Shown here: one piece after another, positions 19,891 to 26,907 of the stretch
Position numbering within the stretch: the first letter of the stretch is position 1
How the letters are laid out: each line of letters opens with the position of its first letter
DNA from: Bacillota bacterium
Lineage (GTDB): Bacteria; Bacillota; Sulfobacillia; JAIMAT01
Assembly (NCBI GenBank): GCA_023511835.1
Contig: JAIMAT010000002.1
Span: forward strand, 10,491-74,490
Reading direction: 5' to 3'
DNA length: 64,000 nt
Notes under the pieces: model-generated
The model's input: only the letters and a program-made list of their open reading frames with translations
What the model was told of the DNA's origin: nothing
Database searches by the model: none
Translations under genes and position numbers: made by a program

Positions 19891-20516
19891 GAGTCACCCG
19901 CCTGGAGGAGGATCCGCGCGGCGGCGTGCGCGTAGAGGTGGACGGCCGCGCCGTCGGCTCCGTGGCCGCCGAGGCGGTGCTCGACCTGGGCCTCCGCGCC
20001 GGGGCGCCGCTGGACGAGGAGGCCTGGCCGCGGCTGGAGCTGGAGCTGGAGGCGCATGCCGCCACCCGGCGCGCCCTGGGCTGGCTCTCGGTGCACGCGC
20101 GGGCGCGGCGCGAGGTGGAGTTGCGCCTGCTGCGGGCGGGCTTTCGGGGGCAGGCGGTGGAGCTGGCGCTGGCGCGCCTGGAGCGGCTGGGCTACCTGGA
20201 CGACGCCGCGGTCGCTCGCAGGCTGGTCGAGGAGCGGGGGCGGGAGTGGGGAACGGCCCGCCTCCGGCAGGAGCTGCGCAGGCGCGGGCTGCCGCCGGCG
20301 ATGGTGGAGGAGGCGCTCGCCTCCGCCGGCCTGCCCGGGGAGGAGGAGGTGGCGCTGGAGCTGGCGCGCCGCAGGTGGCTCCGCTGCGGCGACCTGCCGG
20401 CGGAGGTCTGCCGCCGACGGCTGGCCGGCTTCCTGAGGCGGCGCGGCTTCGCCTGGCAGGTGGTGGAGGAGGTTCTCGCCCGCCTTGACAGCGATTTCCG
20501 TGCCCCCATAGACTGA
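19887..20516 (+). CDS. recX: RecX regulatory protein
   Basis: 209 aa with RecX three-helix repeats; TTG start overlaps the recA stop. Confidence 0.8.
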   Translation: MRVTRLEEDPRGGVRVEVDGRAVGSVAAEAVLDLGLRAGAPLDEEAWPRLELELEAHAATRRALGWLSVHARARREVELRLLRAGFRGQAVELALARLERLGYLDDAAVARRLVEERGREWGTARLRQELRRRGLPPAMVEEALASAGLPGEEEVALELARRRWLRCGDLPAEVCRRRLAGFLRRRGFAWQVVEEVLARLDSDFRAPID

Positions 20517-20720
20517 AAAAGGGCGTATGGCACCGAGACCGGCCGTGGGCCGTTCGCATAGATGACGGGAGATCTGGTGGATCCGGGGCGACGAGGAGAG
20601 GGAGGATCGATTCTTCGAGGCCGGACGGTGGGATGAGGGACGGCCGGCAGGGAGCCGTGCCGGGAACGCCCGCCGTGCAAGGCCACCCGAGAGCCCGTCC
20701 ATTCGAAGCGATCGCCATGG

Positions 20721-20748
20721 AGGCCGAGCCCCCGCTCGGTCTTTTTTC
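20721..20748 (+). terminator. intrinsic terminator (GGCCGAGC-cccc-GCTCGGTC followed by TTTTTT)
   Basis: GC stem with a U6 tract; lies 205 nt downstream of the recX stop and about 120 nt upstream of rny. Confidence 0.5.
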
Positions 20749-20866
20749 GCAACTGGGGAGCCCTCCCGTCTCGGGGGGACCGGGGGCGGGAAGACCGGCG
20801 GACCGCCCCCGCCGCGGAAGGTGGGGCGGGTCGTGTCCTTTCTGACGATGACAGGGGTGAAGGAGC

Positions 20867-22405
20867 GTGGCGTGGAACGCGCTGGTCGCCCTGCTGGCGG
20901 GGCTCCTCGCGGGCGGCGGCGCGACCTATCTGTGGGCGCGCAGCCTGTCGACGAGCCTGGTCCGCCAGGCGGAGCAAGAGGCCGCCCGCATCCGTGAGCA
21001 GGCGGCCCAGGAGCGGGAGCAGCTGCTGCTGCAGGGGAGACTGGAAGCCGAGGAGGAGTCGCGCAAGCTGGTCCGCCAGGCGCAGGCGGAGGCCCAGGCC
21101 TGGCGTTCCGAGGTGCAGAAGGTCGAAAGCCGGCTGGAGCAGCGGGAAGAGGGGCTGGAGCGCCGCGCGCGCCAGCTGGACCGGCGGGAGGAGGAGATCG
21201 AGGCCCGGGCGCACGAGGCGGAGGCGCTCCGCGCCGAGGCCGAGCGGCTCCGCCAGCAGCAGATGACGGAGCTGGAACGGATCGCCGGGCTGACCCGGCA
21301 GCAGGCCCGGGAGGAGCTGATGGGCGAGGTGCGGCAGACGGCCGAGCGGGAGGCCGCGCTGCTGGCCCGCCAGATCGAGGAGGAGGCGCGCGCCCGGGCC
21401 GAGCGCGAGGCGCGCGAGGTGATCGCCCAGGCGATCCAGCGCTGCGCCGCCGACTACGTGGCCGAGTCGACCGTCTCGGTGGTGCCCATTCCCAGCGAGG
21501 ACATGAAGGGTCGCATCATCGGCCGCGAGGGACGGAACATCCGGGCCTTCGAGGCCATCGCCGGTGTCGACCTGATCGTGGACGACACGCCGGAGGCGGT
21601 GGTCGTCTCCGCCTTCGAGCCGGTGCGGCGCGAGAAGGCGCGCCTGGCCCTGGAGATGCTGGTGGCCGACGGGCGCATCCACCCCGCGCGCATCGAGGAG
21701 GTCTACCAGAAGGCCGAGCGTGAGATCGAGCAGGAGATCCAGGAGGCGGGCGAGGAAGCCTGCCTCGAGGTGGGCGTCCACGGTCTCCACGGGGAGCTGG
21801 TGCGCACGCTGGGGCGGCTCAAGTTCCGCACGAGCTACGGCCAGAACGTGCTGCGTCACTCGGTCGAGGTGGCCCACCTGGCCGGGATGATGGCCAGCAT
21901 GCTGGGCGCGGACGTCGCCGTGGCCAAGCGGGCCGGCCTGCTCCACGACATCGGCAAGGCCATCGACCGCGAGATGGAGGGCACCCACGTGATGCTGGGC
22001 ATGGAGCTTCTGCGCCGCTACCACGAGCCGGAGGCGGTCATCCACGCCATGTCCACCCATCACGGCGAGTTCGAGGCCGAGAGCGTCGAGGCGGTGCTGG
22101 TGACGGCCGCGGACGCGCTCTCGGCGGCGCGGCCGGGCGCCCGCCGCGAGACGCTGGAGGCCTACATCCAGCGGCTCGCCAAGCTGGAGGAGATCGCCAG
22201 CTCCTTCAAGGGTGTGGAGAAGTCGTACGCCATCCAGGCGGGGCGCGAGATCCGCATCATCGTCAAGCCGGACGAGGTGGACGACCTGGGCTCCTGGACC
22301 ATGGCCAAGGAGATCGCGCGTCGCATCGAGAAGGAAATGCAGTATCCGGGTCAGATCAAGGTGACGGTCATCCGCGAGTCGCGGGCCGTGGAGTACGCGC
22401 GCTGA
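20867..22405 (+). CDS. rny: ribonuclease Y (N-terminal TM, KH domain, HD domain)
   Basis: GTG start behind GAAGGAG; coiled-coil, KH domain, HD motif ([10 protein letters not shown]). Confidence 0.9.
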   Translation: MAWNALVALLAGLLAGGGATYLWARSLSTSLVRQAEQEAARIREQAAQEREQLLLQGRLEAEEESRKLVRQAQAEAQAWRSEVQKVESRLEQREEGLERRARQLDRREEEIEARAHEAEALRAEAERLRQQQMTELERIAGLTRQQAREELMGEVRQTAEREAALLARQIEEEARARAEREAREVIAQAIQRCAADYVAESTVSVVPIPSEDMKGRIIGREGRNIRAFEAIAGVDLIVDDTPEAVVVSAFEPVRREKARLALEMLVADGRIHPARIEEVYQKAEREIEQEIQEAGEEACLEVGVHGLHGELVRTLGRLKFRTSYGQNVLRHSVEVAHLAGMMASMLGADVAVAKRAGLLHDIGKAIDREMEGTHVMLGMELLRRYHEPEAVIHAMSTHHGEFEAESVEAVLVTAADALSAARPGARRETLEAYIQRLAKLEEIASSFKGVEKSYAIQAGREIRIIVKPDEVDDLGSWTMAKEIARRIEKEMQYPGQIKVTVIRESRAVEYAR

Positions 22406-22416
22406 GGAGGCGGGCC

Positions 22417-23214
22417 TTGCGGCTCCTCTTCATCGGGGACATCGTGGGCAAGCCGGGGCGGGAGATGGTCCGGGAGGTCCTCTCCCGCCTCGTCCGCGAG
22501 CAGGCGATCGACGCGGTGGTAGCGAACGCCGAGAACGCCGCGGGTCACGCCGGCCTCACCCCGGCGGTGGCGAGGGAGCTTCTGGAGGCCGGCGTGGACG
22601 TGATCACGCTGGGCGACCACGCCTGGGACCGGAAGGAGCTTCTGCCGGCCATCGACGAGCTGACCGCCGTCGTCCGGCCCGCCAACTACCCGCCCGGGGT
22701 GCCGGGCCAAGGCTGGCTGGTCAAGGAGCTGCCGAACGGCCTGCGGCTGGGCGTCGTCAACCTGCTGGGGCGGGTCTTCATGCGCGTCCAGGCGGACGAC
22801 CCCTTCCGCAAGGCGGACGAGGTGCTGGCGGAGATGGCGGGGCGGGCGGACGTGGTGCTGGTCGACTTCCACGCCGAGGCCACCTCGGAGAAGGCGGCCC
22901 TGGGCTGGTACCTCGACGGCCGGGTGAGCGCCGTCCTGGGGACGCATACCCATGTGCAGACCGCCGACGAGCGGATCCTGCCCGGGGGGACCGCCTGCCT
23001 GAGCGACGCGGGCATGACCGGGCCCAGCGAGTCGGTCCTGGGCGTGGAGACGTCGCTGGCGTTGGAACGCTTCCTTACGCAGATGCCCGTCCGCTTCGAG
23101 GTGGCGCGGGGACCGCGCCAGTTCTGCGCGGCGGTGGTGGACGTGGAGCCCGAGAGCGGACGGGCCACGGCCATCCGCCGCATCTTCCTGCGAGAGAACG
23201 CGCAAGGCGCCTAG
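22417..23214 (+). CDS. ymdB: YmdB-type calcineurin-like 2',3'-cyclic-nucleotide phosphodiesterase (TIGR00282 family)
   Basis: MRLLFIGDIVGKPGREMV...VANAENAAGH...; conserved rny-ymdB gene pair. Confidence 0.85.
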   Translation: MRLLFIGDIVGKPGREMVREVLSRLVREQAIDAVVANAENAAGHAGLTPAVARELLEAGVDVITLGDHAWDRKELLPAIDELTAVVRPANYPPGVPGQGWLVKELPNGLRLGVVNLLGRVFMRVQADDPFRKADEVLAEMAGRADVVLVDFHAEATSEKAALGWYLDGRVSAVLGTHTHVQTADERILPGGTACLSDAGMTGPSESVLGVETSLALERFLTQMPVRFEVARGPRQFCAAVVDVEPESGRATAIRRIFLRENAQGA

Positions 23215-23229
23215 CCGGGGAGGCAAGCG

Positions 23230-24069
23230 ATGGCGGCCGACCTGCACAACCACACCATCTACTCCGACGGGACGATCTCGCCCGCCCAGCTGCTCCGCTG
23301 GGGGGCCGACCTGAAGCTGGCCTATCTGGGGATCACCGACCATGACACCGACGAGGGGATCGCGCACGCCCGCAAGGCGGTCGAGGAGCTGCGGAAGAAG
23401 GGCTTCCAGCCGCCGGAGCTGGTGCCGGGGGTGGAGTTGAGCACCGAGGTCCAGTCTCGCTCCGTCCATCTGCTCGCCTACTGGCCGGAGCTGGGCGACG
23501 GGCCGCTGGCGGAGCTGCTGGCGCGGATGCAGCGCGAGCGCGTGGCGCGCATCGAGCGGATGGTGGCCAAGCTGGGCGAGGAGAACCTCTTTGTGGACCT
23601 GGACCGGGTGCGCGAGCTGGCCGGCCCGGGGGTGATCGGCCGGCCCCATGTCGCCCGGGCGCTGGTGGAGGAGGGGTACGCCTCCAGTGTGGAGGAGGCC
23701 TTCGACCTCTACCTGGTCCGGGGACGCCCGGGCTACGTGCCCCGTCCCAAGCTCGACCCGCCCGCGGCCGCCGAGGCCGTCCACGCCGCCGGGGGCGTCT
23801 GCGTGCTGGCCCACCCGCGGCTGGTGGGCGACGAGGGACTGGTGGAGCAGCTGGCGGCCTCCGGGCTGCTGGACGGGCTGGAGGCGTGGCACCCCGAGCA
23901 CAACGCGACCGAGACGCAGCGCTACCTCGACCTGGCCCACCGCTACCGCCTGGTTACCACCGGCGGCAGCGACTTCCACGCCCAGGGCGAGGGGAGCGGC
24001 CGCCTGGGCGCCGCCACGGCGCCCGACGAGGTGGTGAACGAACTGTGGAGCCGGAGGAAGAGGGCCTAG
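23230..24069 (+). CDS. PHP-domain phosphoesterase (TrpH/YciV-like)
   Basis: HNHTIYSDG, GITDHDT, HP motifs of the PHP superfamily. Confidence 0.8.
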   Translation: MAADLHNHTIYSDGTISPAQLLRWGADLKLAYLGITDHDTDEGIAHARKAVEELRKKGFQPPELVPGVELSTEVQSRSVHLLAYWPELGDGPLAELLARMQRERVARIERMVAKLGEENLFVDLDRVRELAGPGVIGRPHVARALVEEGYASSVEEAFDLYLVRGRPGYVPRPKLDPPAAAEAVHAAGGVCVLAHPRLVGDEGLVEQLAASGLLDGLEAWHPEHNATETQRYLDLAHRYRLVTTGGSDFHAQGEGSGRLGAATAPDEVVNELWSRRKRA

Positions 24070-24188
24070 CCGCCGCGGGCGGAGGCGGGGAGGCGTCCGT
24101 CTCGCTGGAGGAGGCGTGCGAGCGGCTGCGCATCCGCCCCTACCTCTTCCGCACGCTGGCCCAGCAGCAGCCCGAGATCTTCCGCACC

Positions 24189-24581
24189 GTGCTGGAGGCG
24201 GGAGAGCGGCGGGTGCGCGTCGGCGACCTGGCGGCCATGGAACGCTTCCTGGCGCGGCGCGCCGGCTGCACGGAGGAGGCGGCGCGGCCGGGCGAGACCG
24301 CGGAGGAGCCGGCGGGCGCGGAAGAAGAGGAGGCGCGCTCGCCCGAGGAGCGGCTGGCGCGCGTGGAGGCGCGACTCGCCCGCCTCGAGGAGGCCCTGGC
24401 CTCCGAGCGCGACCAGTGGCTGACCAGCCTGACGCGCCTGCAGCAGGAAGTACGCCAGCTCCGCTACGAGCTGGCCGCCGCCACGCCGCGCCGGGCGCGG
24501 CGCCGCTTCCGCCTGCCCGGCTTCGGCAGGGGCGGCGGGCTGCCCGGCGAGACGGCCGGCCCGGGGAGCGGGCCGGCCTGA
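24189..24581 (+). CDS. hypothetical coiled-coil protein with a Gly-rich C-terminus; start uncertain (could lie anywhere between about 24070 and 24237)
   Basis: Frame stays open from inside the PHP gene; amphipathic coiled coil (RLARVEARLARLEEALASERDQWLTSLTRLQQEVRQLRYEL); no canonical start lies right after the PHP stop, candidate GTGs at 24189 and 24213, ATG at 24237. Confidence 0.3.
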   Translation: MLEAGERRVRVGDLAAMERFLARRAGCTEEAARPGETAEEPAGAEEEEARSPEERLARVEARLARLEEALASERDQWLTSLTRLQQEVRQLRYELAAATPRRARRRFRLPGFGRGGGLPGETAGPGSGPA

Positions 24582-24604
24582 CCGCGCCCGGTCCAACGGC
24601 CGGT

Positions 24605-25072
24605 TCAGCGCGTGCTGGGCAGGGCCACGCCCCAGGTGTAGGAGCGCTTGTAGATGCGCAGGAGCAGCGACGAATTGATCTCCCGGATGCCGCGGATGCG
24701 GCTCAGCTTGTGCAGGAGGAACTCGGCCAGCTCGCGGTTGTCGGCGAAGAAGGCGCGCGCCACCACGTCGTATTCGCCGGTGGCGGCGGCCACGTAGTGG
24801 ACCTCCGGCAGCGCTGTCAGATCCTCCAGCACGCTTTCGATATCCGCGGTCTCCACTCTGAGCCCGAAAAACGCCGCCGTCTCGAAGCCGACCGCGAAGG
24901 GGTCGGCGATGGCGGCGACGCGAATCAGGCCCGCCTCCTTCAGCTGGTTGAACCGGCGCCGGACGGTGCCCTCGGTGACGCCGATGCGGGCGGCCATGTC
25001 CACGAAGGACATGCGCCCGTCGGCCTGCAGCAGCTCGATGATCTGGCGATCGACGGGGTGAATGGTCTCCAA
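24605..25072 (-). CDS. Lrp/AsnC-family transcriptional regulator
   Basis: HTH_AsnC N-terminus (DRQIIELLQADGRMSFVDMAARIGVTEGTVRRRFNQLKEAGLI) plus RAM domain; TTG start behind GGAGGGGG; the ORF continues upstream only because the GC-rich sequence has no stops. Confidence 0.8.
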   Translation of the reverse strand: METIHPVDRQIIELLQADGRMSFVDMAARIGVTEGTVRRRFNQLKEAGLIRVAAIADPFAVGFETAAFFGLRVETADIESVLEDLTALPEVHYVAAATGEYDVVARAFFADNRELAEFLLHKLSRIRGIREINSSLLLRIYKRSYTWGVALPSTR

Positions 25073-25197
25073 CGGCGACCCCCTCCGGCCGGTGACGAAT
25101 TCCGTGCGAAAGCCGGCACGACGGAAATACGGTATCAGAGGGGAGCGTCTTCCACAATCCCTCGCTGGGGCGTTTGCCCGCGACGGCGGCCGCGCCT

Positions 25198-25227
25198 TGG
25201 ACCCGCCTTCCGGGCGGCGGGTATAAT
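25198..25227 (+). promoter_or_regulatory. putative miaB promoter with a perfect -10 TATAAT (TTGGAC-18 nt-TATAAT)
   Basis: gcgggTATAATgcc is an isolated AT hexamer in GC-rich context, 29 nt upstream of the TTG start of miaB; it lies in a 183-bp spacer divergent from lrp. Confidence 0.4.
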
Positions 25228-25255
25228 GCCGGCAGCACGAGCGGGGGGTCTTCCA

Positions 25256-26626
25256 TTGACGGGGCGGTACTACATCCGCACGTGGGGCTGCCAGATGAAC
25301 GAGCGGGACAGCGAGATCCTGGCCGGGCAGCTCGAGAGCATGGGCTACGAGGCGGCGGAGCGGCCCGAGGAGGCCGACGTCGTCCTTCTCAATACGTGCA
25401 CCATCCGCGACAACGCGGACCAGAAGCAGCTGGGTGAGCTGGGGCGCCTCAAGCCGCTCAAGGCACGAAATCCGGCGATGATCCTGGGCGTCGCCGGCTG
25501 CATGGCGCAGGTGCCCGAGGCGGTGGAGCGGATCCGGCGGCAGGCGCCCTTCGTCGACCTGGTCTTCGGCACGCACAACCTCCACCAGCTGCCCCAGCTG
25601 ATCGAGCGGGCGCGGCAGAGCGAGGAGATGGTGGTGGACGTCTGGCAGTACGCCGAGGGCGTCCAGGAGCACCTGCCCTCCCGCCGTGCGCCCGGCGTGC
25701 GCGCCTGGGTGAACGTCATCTACGGCTGCGACAAGTACTGCACCTACTGCATCGTCCCCTACACCCGCGGCCGGGAGCGGAGCCGGCGTCCGGAGGAGAT
25801 CCTGGCCGAGGTGCGCCAGCTGGTGGAGGAGGGCTACCGCGAGATCACCCTCCTGGGCCAGAACGTCAACTCCTACGGCCACGACCTGCCCGAGCGCTAC
25901 GACTTCGCCGACCTGCTGCGCGACGTCGACCGTCTGCCGGGAATCGGCTGGGTGCGCTTCATGACCTCCCACCCGCGCGACTTCACGCCGCGCCTGATCG
26001 AGACGCTGGCCGAGACCGAGCACGTCTGCGAGCACATCCACCTGCCCGTCCAGTCCGGCTCCGACGCCGTCCTGCGGCGGATGAACAGGAAGTACACCGC
26101 CGCCCAGTACCTGGAGACGGTGGAGCGGATCCGCGAGCGCATCCCCGGCGCGACGCTGACCACCGACATCATCGTCGGCTTCCCGGGCGAGACGGAGGAG
26201 GACTTCCAGGCGACGCTGGAGCTGGTCCGGCGGGTCCGCTACGACAACGCCTTCACCTTCGTCTACTCGCCGCGCGCCGGCACGGTGGCGACGCGCTGGC
26301 TGGCCGACGACCCCGCCGGTGAGGAGGAGAAGCACCGCCGCCTGGAGCGCCTCAACGAGCTGGTCTATGCCATCGCCCGCGAGAAGAACGAGGCGCTGGT
26401 GGGCCGCGAGGTGGAGGTGCTGGTGGAGGGGCCGAGCCGCAAGGACCCCTCCGTCTTTACGGCGCGGACGCGCGGCAACAAGCTGGTCCTCCTCCCCGGC
26501 GAGGAGGTGCGGGCGGGCGAGTGGAGGCGGGTGCGCATCACCCGGGCGCAGACCTGGACGCTGGAGGCGGTCCCGGCCGACCGTCCGGAGGCCCGCCCGG
26601 CGGCGCTGGCAGGTGGGCGGGCGTGA
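25256..26626 (+). CDS. miaB: tRNA-i6A37 methylthiotransferase MiaB
   Basis: YYIRTWGCQMNERDSE, radical-SAM CDKYCTYC, TRAM domain; TTG start chosen because the in-frame ATG at 25226 falls inside the -10 box. Confidence 0.85.
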   Translation: MTGRYYIRTWGCQMNERDSEILAGQLESMGYEAAERPEEADVVLLNTCTIRDNADQKQLGELGRLKPLKARNPAMILGVAGCMAQVPEAVERIRRQAPFVDLVFGTHNLHQLPQLIERARQSEEMVVDVWQYAEGVQEHLPSRRAPGVRAWVNVIYGCDKYCTYCIVPYTRGRERSRRPEEILAEVRQLVEEGYREITLLGQNVNSYGHDLPERYDFADLLRDVDRLPGIGWVRFMTSHPRDFTPRLIETLAETEHVCEHIHLPVQSGSDAVLRRMNRKYTAAQYLETVERIRERIPGATLTTDIIVGFPGETEEDFQATLELVRRVRYDNAFTFVYSPRAGTVATRWLADDPAGEEEKHRRLERLNELVYAIAREKNEALVGREVEVLVEGPSRKDPSVFTARTRGNKLVLLPGEEVRAGEWRRVRITRAQTWTLEAVPADRPEARPAALAGGRA

Positions 26627-26907
26627 GGGCGGAGGTGCTGATCCGCGCGCGCGAACTGGCCCGGGCGCTGGAGGAGAGCGAGGAGGTTCGCGAGCTGCGC
26701 GCGGCCGAGGCCCTCCTGGCCGAGCGGGGTACGGCCGACGCGGAGGCGGGCCGGCGCTACCGCGAGGCGCGCCTGCGAGTGGAGGCGCTGACCGGTGCCG
26801 TCCTGGACGTGCTCTCGGCGGCGCTGACCGGCGGGCCCGCGGCCCGGGCGGGAGGCTGCGCCTCGTGCGGGCTGGCGGCCGGGCCGGCGGCCCGCCTGGG
26901 GGCATGA
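26623..26907 (+). CDS. ricA: YmcA/RicA-like (YheA/YmcA/YlbF family) small regulatory protein with a C-terminal Cys pair
   Basis: 94 aa; N-terminus IRARELARALEESEEVRELRAAEA resembles the YmcA helical motif; C-terminal GGCASCG; the miaB(ymcB)-ymcA-mutS position is conserved in Bacillus; GTGA overlap with miaB, ATGA overlap with mutS. Confidence 0.45.
   Translation: MRAEVLIRARELARALEESEEVRELRAAEALLAERGTADAEAGRRYREARLRVEALTGAVLDVLSAALTGGPAARAGGCASCGLAAGPAARLGA

Noticed and set aside
20633-20845. 70-aa ORF in the recX-rny spacer
   Set aside because: Gly/Pro/Arg-rich with no RBS; it spans the terminator hairpin; likely non-coding.
20517-20866. Possible tRNA or riboswitch in the recX-rny spacer
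   Set aside because: No cloverleaf, no GTTCGAATC T-loop, and no match to riboswitch cores I know (T-box, SAM, purine, TPP). Kept only as a candidate sRNA/3' UTR finding.
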